Shown: positions 1 through 13,400 of the stretch, piece after piece
How positions within the stretch are numbered: position 1 is the first letter of the stretch
Layout: every line of letters begins with the position of its first letter
NCBI GenBank assembly: GCA_051294375.1
Contig: CM119269.1
Location: 22,094,815 to 22,158,814, forward strand
DNA from: Paraspadella gotoi
Lineage: Eukaryota > Animalia > Chaetognatha
Reading direction: 5' to 3'
DNA: 64,000 nucleotides
Notes under the pieces: model-generated
What the model was told of the DNA's origin: nothing
The model's input: the letters and a program-made list of their open reading frames with translations, nothing else
Database searches by the model: none
Translations under genes and position numbers: made by a program

Positions 1-3000
1 TTTGCGGATTCAAGTAGAGACATTTCCATTCGCAATTTTGAGATGGTCGGTCAGTCAAATCGATCTTTTCGCAGAGAAAAAAAGATTAAATTAATATTTT
101 TGGCCAAAGTTATTGTAAGTAAAATTTCAATTTCGTCGACAAAGATTCATTGATGTTATTTTCCGACAGCGCTCAATTTCTGTTCCTTAACCCCAATATT
201 CAGCAATAATCTTATTCCAGAGATCACAAAATGCTGGTAGTAAGGGCCCCATTGACCGAACAGACCTCACCCTGGTATCATTACATGGTCATCCGGATTT
301 TGCAATAATAAAGTTTAAAGGATTAATATAATGCACGTATTAAAATTTATGGGTAACTTTACTATTCGACGTCCGGTCGGTGGTTTGTTAATCCATTGAA
401 TTTTATTTTCCCTCTAACTTCGTCTCAGTTTGTGCAGTAATATATATTTTCAATAGATATTTCTGCATATTATGTATTATTTGTTCGAATAATTGTTTTA
501 AATTTATTTTAATTGTTATTTTTATATTTTGGCGATCCTGGATTTGAATACGCTCCAGAGGTCTATGGGAAAACGAAGAGAAAGAAGATAAAAAAATAAA
601 GTTTGTTTCTTTATGGAAAAAAAAAAAATTAAAACCATAATAACAATCATACAATGATATTAAAAACGCTGATAAGCAACACGGGCGAAAGATTTCTAGG
701 CGATTCTTTTTAATTTGTTAAAAAATTATTTTTAAATATTATTAGATATTATATTAAATCTTTCTTTTTGTTGTATTTTTTATTTAAGGAAAAATAACAG
801 TTTTTAATGGCAAAAACGATTTAATAATAGACAATAAAAGTCGGACATTTTTCCACTTTTTTTTTTTAAGTCTTGATCAGCGATTTGATTTAGTAAAGTT
901 TTTGTTTTACAAACATTGAGTTGGTAAGAAAGAGAAAGATTCCAAAAAACTTATATTGCCTATTAGATCGTTATTTCTGCCATAAAAAACTATCGTTTTT
1001 CCTTAAATATTATTACATTTTTTATAAATTTATTAATATTAAAATATTATTTTTTGAAATTTAAATTATCATTTATTTAAGCTGAAACTTAATTTAAAAC
1101 ATAACCCTAACTTACCCCTAACCTTAACTTTCCCATAACCCTAACTTAACCCCAACCCTAACTTAACACCCAACCCTAACTTAACCCTAACTTATTTTCA
1201 ACCCTAACCTTCCTTTCTAATTAATTAAATTTAATTTATCATAACTTTAATTTTTACTCAAATATTGATATAATAAAATAATAAATATTAAAAAATTATG
1301 ATATCTGAATTCCTTTAATTTTTTTTCTAAAAAATTATCCTCTTGAGTACGGTTTCTTTATTCTTTTTTTTCACGTTAATTCTTAAAGAAAAACCTTGCT
1401 CTTCATTTTACCATAGACCTCGAGAGCGTATTAATCTCCAGGAATGCCGTTAGGGTTTAGGAGTAGTTCGGGGTGTTTTTTGAAATAAAATTTGTAATAA
1501 AAAGTTTTTCTACTCTTACCAGTCTCCTTTTTCATTTTTGCGTAACAACATTTCTATACGTCGTTAATAAAAAGCAAAAAAAAAAAATTATAATAACAAC
1601 CGACCGCAAAATCCCGGTCGGCGAATTTGAAATAAGCCAAATTTAATTTTATATTTATAAAATGTTCTAAAAAAAATTAGAAAATAAGTTGTATAAAAAC
1701 AAAATAATAAACTGAAAAAAAGAATTTTTACGACAAAGGTCAAATATTTATAATGGTTTTTTTTTCATAGAGACCACATTATTTTCATTACAGTTAGCTA
1801 AATTAAAAATAAGGCGGCGCTTACTTTCTGCAAGCGGCTCCGGTCGGCGCAACGATTAAAAGCGAAAGTGTCGCTTCGCAGATACAGCGATCCTCCGGGA
1901 CCCTCGGTGGTCCGAAGAAAAAAGGGCGCGCCGTACTTGAGTGCGACGCCTGGGAGATCGGTCTCGGGGTGAACGGCGCAGACGATGAAGGCAGAACGGA
2001 CGCTAGGGTCGCAGGAGCGGGCGCCCGTCACTTCGCAGGGAGAGGGCAGTTTGGTGAGTCTGATGAGAGACGCGGAAAGTGGGGCGTGGGATTTATTAAT
2101 TATGCTCGTTTATTTATTGTTTTTTATTATTATTATAATATTATTAATATGACCGGGAAAAAAATCGCTTAAACGTAGTCGTCGTAGTTTTTATAATATG
2201 TTTTTCTCTTGTTGATTTATATTATTATAAAGTTAACATTTTGAAAAATAAATTTTCGTGAACATCATGTTTATTATAAATTATGTTATTCAATTATTGT
2301 TATTGTATTATTGTTAACTTTGTGGAAAGAAAAAAATCTCGAAATCGCATAATCGTTATTACTTATTAAAATATTTACTATTATTATTATTGTTTATATT
2401 TTTCATGTTATTATATATTTTATATTATAATTAGTTTTTATTTTTATTAAAATTATTAATATATATTAATAATAGAAATCTACTTACATCATTAGATCTT
2501 CAAATCCAATGGCCGCGGAAACGAGGCTCGTGTCTCGCGGAGCTCTTCCCCCCACGTAGGCCATTCGGTCGGGATTCTCCTCGTTACGAAGAACCACCGT
2601 GTCCCCGAAGTGGACGTATCCGTCGGGTGAAGTCGAGACCTCAACCTTTTTGGGTCAGGTTTAGGGTAAGGGCTTCTCACCAATTCTCTTTCTCATTAAC
2701 CAAATTATTAGCACTTTCTAATATTAGCACTTTCTAATACCCAATTATTAATTTAATCGCTTCTTTAGAATTACATGATGTTGTTTGTTTTGCTGACAGA
2801 AAACGAATTTATTTTTATTCTTGCCTTCATCAGCATATTAGCCGAAACATGTACGTTTTTCTCCATGAAAATAAAAACAAATTCGTTGCCTGTCATCAAA
2901 ACAAACAATTTCATTTAACTTCTAATTTCAAACGAAACGAAACGATAAGCTCGTGATAACAATGTTAACAATCGCTTCTTTTAAATATTTTCTTTCGTCT

Positions 3001-3398
3001 TTTTTTTACGATTTTCGTTGCCCATCAGATTGATTAATTGACAAGCAATCTTTCCATCAATCGACAAGCAATCATTCCATCAATCAGTCGAAACGGCAAT
3101 CAATCTATTATTCAGATCGTACACGGTCAACATTTTTCAGAATGTAATAAAAATAATAAATAAACAATAAAAAAATACAATCAAGGTTTCCAAGCTTTCC
3201 TCGGTCCTTACACAAGATTACCTTTCCCAATATCGAAGTTGTCACATTGGCGCTTTTCTGCATCGCCAATTCCCCACGATCTTTCTTCAACAGAAAATCC
3301 TTCAAATTATCTTCTTCCAAACATAAATCTTCGAACCAGTTCCCGATCCGGACGCCCGGATTGTAGGAAAGGGCCCCCGCGTTCATTTCATCCGCCAT
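1..3398 (-). CDS. CFAP161: Cilia- and flagella-associated protein 161 (C15orf26 homolog), spliced, 3' end beyond window start
   Basis: Exons 3398-3222 (YNPGVRIGNWFEDLCLEED), 2645-2488 (SPDGYVHFGDTVVL), 2059-1825 (LKYGAPFFL..LYLRSD..RSRLQK), 64-<1 (IDLTDRPSQNCEWKCLYLNPQ); GT-AG junctions in consistent phase and collinear with remembered CFAP161 motifs. Confidence 0.9.
351..1638 (-). mobile_element. GG-terminated MITE (Merlin-like) in a CFAP161 intron, with a nested foldback copy
   Basis: Ends gggtaactttactattcgac / cggcgaatttgaaataagcc resemble the TIRs of the family at 20882 and 26843; flanked by aaatttat (343-350) and aaatttaa (1639-1646). Confidence 0.6.
531..1448. mobile_element. Degenerate foldback element, same family as 24527-25960
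   Basis: Termini ggcgatcctggatttgaatacgctc / gagcgtattaatctccaggaatgcc are inverted and match the ends of 24527-25960; internal taacccta-type array at ~1100-1210. Confidence 0.75.
2765..2925. mobile_element. Small palindromic MITE-like element in CFAP161 intron 1
   Basis: ttgtttgttttgctgacagaaaacgaattt is inverted as aaattcgttgcctgtcatcaaaacaaacaa. Confidence 0.55.
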
Positions 3399-4256
3399 TT
3401 TGTTTCGATTTATTTATGGATTACAGAATTTAAAAAAAAATAAATTATAGCAACGAAAGAATTAGGGGTGTCTTCTGGTCTTATTCTGGCTTTTTTTATT
3501 TATCAATTTTATTAATTTCGATAAGAACGCGAGTTAAAGGTAAGCGGAGTTTTCATTAAAATAGTTTAAGATATTGCTTTAATTGTCACGAATAGCAAAG
3601 TAAGCTCCCAATATAAGTGGGAGTCAATTGTTTCTTGGTGGTGAACTTGGCATCGTTTCTCTTAGCAACGAGAGAGAAAATTCGTTTCGAGGCTGAAGAG
3701 AAAGAGAACATTCCGAAACGATGCGACGACGACGACGATGACGACGACGATCGTGTTTTGACATCGAACTTGTCTCTCAATTGAATTTGGTCAAAACTGG
3801 TTGGATTTAATGGGTCCAAATGAAACTGCATAAAATGAATTAGTGATCTCCGGGTTTTTCTTCATAGAAGGATGTCTAACAAACTCTTCGATTTTTTCAA
3901 AATACGACATCTAAACTAATGCATTCTCGTCTTATCATTCAAGATACGAAATTATACTAAATATCTTAGGGTTATTTTTACCATCGTTTACTTATATATC
4001 ATGATTTGCTTTACGAATAATTTTCAAGAACTTTATTTACTAAATATAATGTCTTTATTTAGAAAGTCAACAAGGCTATAAATGACCAAATCTCACCACC
4101 AGCCTATCTGTTAAAAAAACAACTCCTCCAACGTCTAATATAGGATGTTTGATCTCCGCCCTTGCCCGCATCTTCTCAACGATATTTCTAAACAATAACT
4201 CATCTCGTATTGTTCCTTGTCAACTAACGTATGAATATTCCATGAATAAACAAAAA

Positions 4257-7200
4257 ATGGAAATGACTCCTATCTCATGTAACGAACGTTCGTCCATCCA
4301 ACTTTGGATTAAAGGAATAATTTTTCTGACTCTCGTTCTTCTATCTACATTTTTGGGAAGCGTCTTCTACTTGGGGCCTTTCCTACTCTTGCTTCTGCTG
4401 GCCAGGTGAGAATCACGCTTGATTGAGTGATTGATCGATTCACCTGAATATGGATACTCGTGATTTAATCTATATATAATATATATAATTATATATATAT
4501 ATAAGATTGATACACTTGATTTAGACATGTTTCTTACATACTCTCCGGAAAAATTTGTTGATATTTTAAGCTTATATTTAATTTTTTTCATTATATTTAT
4601 TCATATCCTCCAAGATTATTACGCCGCGCCCACCCGTCGACGTCTCTCTCTGCGTTGCGCGTTTTTCGTCACGTGATAGATCACATGATCGGCGTCTGGT
4701 TGACGCTTCCTCCTTCGCTTCTGCGACTTCTCTTTCAACATAAAACATCCGTAAGTGGAACGAGCTTTAATTAGTAACTAGTTATTAATAGAATCGAATA
4801 TTATTATTTGTAGTAGAAAATAGTAGACTTTTCTTCCTTCTTAAACTGTCTAAACGGTCTGAAATTGTGCCGGATCTGGCACACATTAATAACATTATGC
4901 TAAGTTTTAATTAGCGTATCAGACTATCTACGGAGATGTTCACAATTTTTTTTTATTAATAACAATAACGATATTTACATAATTAATTTTTAATTATGCC
5001 TATCGGTCCATTCTCAGGTCTTCGGGGATCGGATCGTCGCTGGCGAACGCGCGCTTTTCATCATGAATCACCGAACGCGTCTGGATTGGATGTTCCTGTG
5101 GTCGCCGCTGATGGCGTTTCAGACGTTGAGCCAACTTAAGGTGCGAGTGTAATCACTTGTGCGTCTCTCTGCTTTTATGTCCCACTTTTGTTCAAACAAA
5201 AATAATTTATATTCGTCGTTCAAATTGTTTTTAAATATGCAAATGAGCTTTGAAATGAGGCTTTTTTTTAGCGGTCTAAACAACAACTTTACAATTCGAT
5301 CACCAAACAATCACTTAACGGTTATACCTGCCCATATAACCAGCTAACATCGTTTGCAATAATTTTAACCTTTTTTACGGTTTTGCTTTTGTTTCCCTTT
5401 TTTGTTTATGATCTTCGATCATTATATTTTTGCCTTTCATGCGTAATAGAAAATTAACAAATGATCAATCCAATTAACGCTGATTATTACGGTAAAATTT
5501 TACTTGTATTTTGACTTTTTTTGATTAACTATGTAAAAACTATCTTTAAAAAAATGTAAAAAAGGTTGTTTTTTTAAATTGGTCAAAATTATCGCCTAAA
5601 TATCCTAACTTTAAACCCCTTTAACCTTAATTATCCCTAACACTAAACAATTCTTCAATTATTATTAACCCTAAACCCTTCCTAACCCAAGTCGGCGTAA
5701 GTAAAATTATGCTCCACTAAGTCACTTCAAAAGCTCCAATTCTCATTTCACAATATCTTCACATTCCCTCTAGGTGATTTTAAAGCACGAGCTGAAGTTT
5801 GTGCCCGGCTCCGGTTGGGCGATGCAGCTCGACAACTTCATCTTCCTTCGCCGCAAATGGGAGACGGACAAAGCCATCCTTCGTCAAATGCTCGACCATA
5901 TCGCCAACATGGAACGACCCACGCAGGTCGACTATATTATTGCTGTCGTTGGAATTTAACTTGCTGCTGTTTTAATTTCAGTTGCCGCAGTTTGCTGCAG
6001 TTTTTATTTCAATGGATATTGTTCTGTTTCCAGTTGCTGCTGCTTTAATTCCAATGGCTCTCTTTTTTTTTCTAGTTGCTGCTCTTTCCCGAAGGAACGG
6101 ACTTTGAGCCAAAAACGAAAGCGCGATCCGACGCTTACGCAAAAAAGAATAATCTTCCCATTTACGATTACGTTCTGCATCCGAGGACAACGGGTTTTTC
6201 CTTTTGCGTCAATCACATGATCGCTAACAAGCAGGTCGCCCTACGATCGTTATATCGGTCAACAGTTTAACTTTAAGTGACATTCCATAAGAGTTTTGAT
6301 AGAAAGCTTGCTATGTCGTTATCTTGTAGGAGTGAGGCCTTAAACCACCAAAGACTGTCAAAAGTCAGGGCCAAGATACCATATTTTTTTAGTGAATTAA
6401 TAATTTTATAATGGTTGTACCAATTTAGTAAAACTGTTTGGCATCTGCGTTACAGATTGACGCCATTTACGACATAACCATCGCCTATCCAAAGTCGGTA
6501 CTCCAAAACGAGTTCGGTGTCGTCACGGGTAAAGTTCCTCAAGAGATACACTTCCACGTTAAACGTTATTCCCTACAACAACTAACAGGTGAAATGATTA
6601 TTAATTAAATTTCTTTTTCTTTATATTTAATTCGAAGTTGGTATTAGTTTCTTATTTAATGACTTTATATGTTTAATCTTTCTCACATGCATTCCTTTTA
6701 TTAGTGTCTTAAAATGAAAGAAATATTGTTCTCCGACTTTCAAGAGAATACTGGACGCAGTATTTTTATAAATTATAATTTATTTCATGATTTGTTCGTA
6801 AAACGTAAAATACGTTATACTAAAATAATCTTGTTGATTTGTTTTGACTTTTGTATCCGCTAGACGCGCACGACTTCACCTCGGAGGAGCAAGTGACTCG
6901 TTGGTGCGTCGATAGATGGCGGGAAAAAGAACATCGCCTCAGTCGGTTTTATTCCAAAGTTCGAGAAAAGGTCTGCAAATAGATAACAAATTTTAAAATG
7001 CCTCATAATACATTGCATTACATTAATCACATTTCCTTTCTTTTTACATTAGAACAATTACGAACCAGTGGATCTTTGGGTGGATAAAAACGACAAAGCG
7101 GAGGAAAGCGGCTCATGTCACGACGAATTAATTGGTAATTTAAAATAAAATGTGCGATAGTACGAATTTGATTGATTGTCAGCAATCAACATCTGTTTGG

Positions 7201-7540
7201 TAGTCTAATTTATTACTTAGTATAAAAATATACATATATCTTCCATGAAGATTTGATTACGTATAATTTTTTTTATAAATTTTATCATTTCTATTGACAA
7301 TTGGCAGGCCGCGTCTACGTCTGGATGATCGTATCTGTGTCGTTTTGGGTTTTCTCCGTCATCTCACAACTTTATCTCTTTTTCACGTCATCTCTCTGTT
7401 TTTACTACTCACTCATTGTGATTTCCCTGTTCGTACTCGCCGGATTTTTCGGTGGAATGGAATCCATCGAGAGTTCCATTCTTCGCCAGGACGATTTCAA
7501 CTCGGATACGAGAAATTCAATTTCTATCAAAAATTCTTGA
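4257..7540 (+). CDS. LCLAT1: Lysocardiolipin acyltransferase 1 (AGPAT family), ~9 coding exons
   Basis: Motifs NHRTRLDW (exon ~5018-5140), LKHELKFVPGSGWAMQ..FIFLRRKWETD (5774-), LLFPEGTD and VLHPRTTGF (6077-), DAIYDITIAY (~6455), C-terminal TM segment ending at TGA 7540. Confidence 0.92.
6291..6430 (+). repeat. Copy of a 3'-anchored interspersed repeat (aaagtcaggggcaagata...ttggttgtaccaatttcata); other copies at ~10045, 12049, 22533, 26312, 35498, 49439, 50740, 50971
   Basis: Direct sequence similarity among nine loci, variably truncated on the left and sharing a right end with a small attggt-nnn-accaat hairpin. Confidence 0.8.
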
Positions 7541-9014
7541 AATAAAAAACAAGGAAAAGACTGTTCTCCTTTTATGCTTATGTGTGTTTTTAGTATGGAT
7601 CGAAATTATGCAGCTTGTTTAACGCTTTTTCGCGTTACGTAAATTATTCTCTTCCGTTTATTTTTCTTTTTTAATTTACTATTGGTGATTCATTCTCGTT
7701 TTCAATTTTTATACGTTTTTTAAAATAATTTTGTTTATCGCTAGACTAGAGATAAATTCATTTATGTATTTATTGTGTATTGGTGAACTAAAAATGTTCG
7801 TTTAAATGTTCAATCAAAACGTGATAAAATTATTGATGTGTTTTTAATGAAATACACTGATCAGTAAGGGTAAAAAAAGCTAAAAAACAAAATTTTTTTT
7901 ATGTGATCGGCTATTTTTGAAAAAGTTAAATCAGCGCAGCGCAGCGCAGATAAGATGGTAGCCGTAAAAAGTTTCATTCTTAAAATCTTGTTTTTCACGA
8001 TGTACATCGTACATTACAGTAACTAATATATGTGATATATACGTATCTCAAAAGTTATTATCGAATTATTGGGAAAGTTTTTCTCGCAGAATCTCAGTTG
8101 CGCAAAAATGAAGAAATATACTCTGACCTCTAGAATCTTCCAGTTCTCGAATTGCACTTGGTTTTTTTTTTAATTTCACATTTCCCGTCTTATCTTTCGG
8201 TGAAAACATTTCGACCCCTGGCCCTCTCACTCGCTCCTGACTCGCCCCTTTTACACGCTCCTCTCACTCGCCCCTCACTCGCTCCTCTCTCTCGCCCCTC
8301 TCTTTTCGATATTGGAATCTTAGATTTTTCATCATCTCCAAAAGATATGACGTCAATAACTCGTGTAAATGTAAATTCAATGTAAATCCGGGTTATAAGA
8401 AGATCCGAGCAGAGTGAATTAAATATATGACCAGATATTGAGGTTTGACGCATTATAGAATAAATTTTTTTGAGGTTACTGATATAGGTTCTGTTTAAGG
8501 TTTTTATATGAAAAAAATATGACGCTATGTATTTTGACTGATTTTACATTTGACATCTGAATTGTATACTATACAATGTATAGTGTCCGAAAGTTGTTAT
8601 TGTTCCGGCTTCTTTTTTTCAACAAGTTCATTTTTCTCGTCAATAAATGCGTCATGAGTTTAAAAAAATGTTTAATGTAAATTTAACGAAGTGATTCCAT
8701 TTTTTTTTCTCTTTTTAAAACAAGGATTATTTACTGCTCTAATTAAGGCAGTAAGATCGACATTGATTTACGATTTAATAATTTTCTTTATCAACAAGCA
8801 AAATAATATTGGCTACTCCCTTAAATATAAAAGTATTAGTTACTATTACTATTCGAGGGTTTAAGTTCGTATTAGTTATTCGTTTGGATAAGTCATCGAA
8901 CAAATTTTTTTTAAACTTCACATTGGAATAATTGAACACCATACGGGCGCACAGTGTATCCCAGGAGCCTTGATCCCGATCGATGGGCGAAATACGATGA
9001 CTCGTTGCTCGAAG

Positions 9015-9062
<48 letters not shown>

Positions 9063-10460
9063 AGCGACTGGATCGATGATCTAACCGGCCGCCTCCACCG
9101 ATGAGGTAGATAAATTAAATCTAAATATTGGATTATTAACAAACGTATCAAAATCATTAATAAATGTAATTTAACATCGAAATAAACTAATATAAATCAA
9201 GCTTTTTTCAAGAAGTGCACTTTCTCCAAATATTACGTTGAATTTTTTCAACTCTTCCTCATCGTCTCGCTCTCTATCTGACCACGTTTTATATCGGCCT
9301 CTGCGCGATTTCGCGATTTCAGGGGCGAGAGAGAGAGAGAGAGAGACCACAGCTTTTCGCGTATGAGCTGAAGGAGAGAAAGAAAGACGTGGAGAGAGAG
9401 GTTGTGTGTGGATCCTTCGCCCACGAACATTTCCAAAGCTCGAGTCTTAAAAGAGTTGATAACAAATAAAAGATGAATAATTGATCAAATTTCGATCGTT
9501 AAAATAAAAAAAAAATTATAAAATCCAAAATTAAAAATAAAAAAAAGAGAGAAGTTTTTGTGAAATTTTTTTTTCGACTGGAAGGGGTGTGGACTCGTTG
9601 AATTGTGAAGATTGATTAAGTTTTCAAATTTAGGTAAGTTTGAATATTTTTTTTTTGCCCCCCGTTCATAAAAAAATGAATATTCATTCAGAGATTCACA
9701 AGAGAATGAGTTTTTTTCAGACAAACTATTCAATAATTACGGTTTTATTTAAAAGCAAGGAAAATTGGAAAAATTAAACATTTAAAATATTTATTTCTTA
9801 TTTCTTACTGCAAAATCTAAAGTTTAACAAAGCGAAACCTCGGTCAGCTGAAACTCGCAGGATTAAGCCAACACAGTCGATCGCACACGTTCGCATTATG
9901 AAAGCCATCTGGCATGCATACATTGCATACATTGCATAACGCATTTGATTAAAATTCAAATATGGACATAATTTATTGGACAAATTCAACAAGAACCAAA
10001 AAAAATAACATTTCGAGCGTAAAATTTATTGGTAACAAATACAAAACTCTTATTAAAAGCTTGCAGGTTCTTGCTATTTTCTTAGAAGTGAAATAAAGGC
10101 AAAGTCAGGGGCAAGATAAATTATTTACTAAATAAATGAATAATTTTATATTGTTTGTGTCAATTTCGTACCGATGTTACGTGAAGACAAAAAGGATTGA
10201 CTGAGTCTATGAAATTAGCATTTAACTTATTAAAATAAATTTTCATTAATTTAAATTTAAACATCAATCTCATTTTCCATTAAATAGAAAGTCTGTCTCT
10301 TTACCCAATAAATGCTAGATCCTGCCCCCAGGATTTAGACGGCTCTATGGTGCTTTTCACTCAAAAAGTTATTTTTTGTTTTATTTATTTATTTATTTAT
10401 TTATTAATTATTTATTTATGACCTCCGATCAATCCTCTATTCTCACAGGTCCTCCTTAAG

Positions 10461-13400
10461 ATGTCGACGGAGGGCTCCAACTCCGACGCCAGAGACGAGT
10501 CCCCAAAGTCGAACGACGACGCCAAACCTGCGGGGCTGCCGCTGGCGCTGCAGAGCGAGCAGTTCGAGGAGCTGCTCACCTGCGCCGTTTGTCTCGACAG
10601 GTGATTCCACGAGCGGAAACATTATGCGGTTTTCTTTTGCATGTGAAATGTAGATACTAATTAAATATTAAAATTAAGTAAAATATACTCTGGGATAAAG
10701 AAAAAAGCAAAGTTTTTTTATAAATTAAACTTAAACGACTTTTGCTGGTAAAAAAAAGGTATAAAAAGCCAAAGCTGCTACCATGCCAACATACCTTCTG
10801 TCAAGAGCCATGCATGGAAGGTCTCGTCAACTGGTTGTACAGGAAGCTGGACTGTCCCGAATGCAGGGCAGAACACAGGGTATGTAATTTGAATTATGAG
10901 ATGTCGCGATTTTTGCCCAAAAAATGGAGACAACAAAAATGCGATCTTTACTCCGGTGGAAAGCGACGTCATAATAATATAATAATAATGATATTAGAAA
11001 TATGATAATTCAAATGGATGCTTTCTTTCGAACTAAGATAGTCAAATGTAGATATTCAAAAATAGTCAATCTGGCTTCAAATTCGCCTCCTCAGTAAATC
11101 TATTTCAAATGTAGGAATGTGTCTTCAGGAAGAATCTCGTCTTTCGTCAACGATACGAGTATTACAATTTATATACTTTTTTTTACCTTTTCTATTATTA
11201 TTTTGTAAATAGAAATTGGTTTTCTTAAAATATTTAAATAAAAAATAGTAAATAAACAGTGGTTAAATATTGTATATACTGTGATAAAGTATGTTTAAAA
11301 GCTTCTACACAATATGATTTGCCCAAGGTATCGTGCGTCAAATTAATACTAAAATACTTTTTGGTGAAAAAGGTTCAACCGACCCAAACTGTTGCCATGC
11401 CAACACACCTTCTGTGAGACTCCATGTCTGGAGGGTCTCATTAATTATGTCAAGAGAAAAATCTGCTGCCCGGAATGTCGGGCAGAGCATTGGGTAAGCA
11501 TGATCTCCATTTTTATTCCATAGCATGATTATTAGTTTTTAGCAATATGCTGCATGGCTTATTAGTGACAAACGTATTTGTCAGAAAATACTGTCTTTGT
11601 TCTTTAAGCTGAGCTCCCAAGTGAATAAAAGTGTTTTAAAAAGTCTATCATTGCTCGGAGCGAACAGAATTGTTTCTTTTGTAGTCAATAAAAGATTTTT
11701 GTTGTATCTGTAATTCTGTATATCTGTATTTTTAATTTGTGATCAGCATGAACCTTTTGCATCTTCTATACTCACAGTTAGACTTTATAACCTTTGAAAG
11801 AGTTTTTGAACAGTGAGCAATCTTCAGCTGGCATCGACGTTTTTGAAGATAGGCTGATTTAAATGAAATAGCATGAGTGGCGATTTTAGCTTACCTTGCA
11901 AATGCCAAATTGCTCATGTTGTGAATTGTCGAAAAAACTTTTTACATAGTTAAATTATGAAATATCTTTGTTATATCTAGCAATGAGTACCATTGTAATA
12001 ATACTATTTCTCTACTCGAGTAACGCGCGATTAGCGTTAAAAAAAAAAATGGTAGTACCAATTTCATAGTAATAAATACTAATAATTCGACGTCGCTTTT
12101 CAACGGAATCAAAGATGGCCGTTTTAGTGAAAAGATCATAATTAAAATATCCGAATTTACTTCGCCCCCCCCTCCCCTGAAAATAAAGGTTCCGATCGGC
12201 GGCGTGCAAAACTTCCCCAACAATCTTACCATCATCAGCTTTTTGGATTTGACCGCCAGAGCGGCGGGATTAACGCCGCAGCCGCCACCGCCGCAGGTGA
12301 GTTTTAAAGGGAATTTAAGATGGCAGGGCTATTTATTAGTTATTAGTAGTTATTAGTTATATTCATTTTTTATTATTTTTTTTTAATTTATTATATTTAT
12401 TAGTTATATTTAAAGAAATGAAGGCTCCGTGACTCTTAATATCCTCCTTAACTAATTCCAGAGATTTTTTTTTTCTATTTTTCCAACTGACCTTACTCTA
12501 AACTTACTTTTTAGCCAATATCCCCAATGGATTATCTGAAGCCAAAACTTCCTCCCGCGCAAGAAATTAACGCCATCACCGGAATAGCGAGACTCACGAC
12601 AGCTGGAAGGCAGCTGGAGGTAAGGTCGACTTACCAAATCCGATTAACAAACATCTATGAAAATTTCAAAATTACTTTAATGCGTGATTCAATTGTTTTT
12701 TTTTCCATTTTTTTTCTGTTTCATTTTATCCAATTGTTTAATTATCAGAATCTAATAATATTAATGTATTTTGTATTGGAACGGGAATGTTTATAGTGTT
12801 ATGTTCAGGAAATAGATTTAATTCATCATTCCTTTAAGAAAATCCTATATGACAAACTCATGATATCTAAAAAGCTTAACAGAAAAAATAAATAGTATAG
12901 AAAATCTTTGGATCTTGAAAAGTCTAATATTAAAATTAAATTAAATATTATTATTTCCCTACAAATATTAAAGGTTAATCTTTTAGTCTATTTCTTTATT
13001 TTATTTATGAACTGTTCAGACGGAATCGACCTCAGCAGCCGTGTCCTCCTTCACACCCGCGACGCAGCGGCTGACTCCCTGCCCTCTTTGCGATACGCAG
13101 CATCCAGAATTGCTGCATTGTTCTCATTGTCAAAGACGGATCTGTGCGGGTTGTAAAGGTAAGGTTAGAGAGAGAGAGAGAGAAAAAGAGAGAGAGAGAT
13201 ATATATATAAAGGGAAATAAAAAGAAGAATACAAAAATATATAAAAGGTAAGAGAATGAAAAAATGAGAAAAAAAGGCAAAGACAAAAAAAGAAAATAAA
13301 GAAAGGATAAAAAATAGAGAGAGGAAGAAGAGGGAAAAAAGGGAAAACAAAAGGAAAATAAAAAGAAAAACAGAGAAAAAAATGAAAAGAAAGAGGGAGA

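Noticed and set aside
2060-2080. Hammerhead-like ctgatga...gaaa
   Set aside because: No stem II or III; it is the antisense of a CFAP161 splice acceptor.
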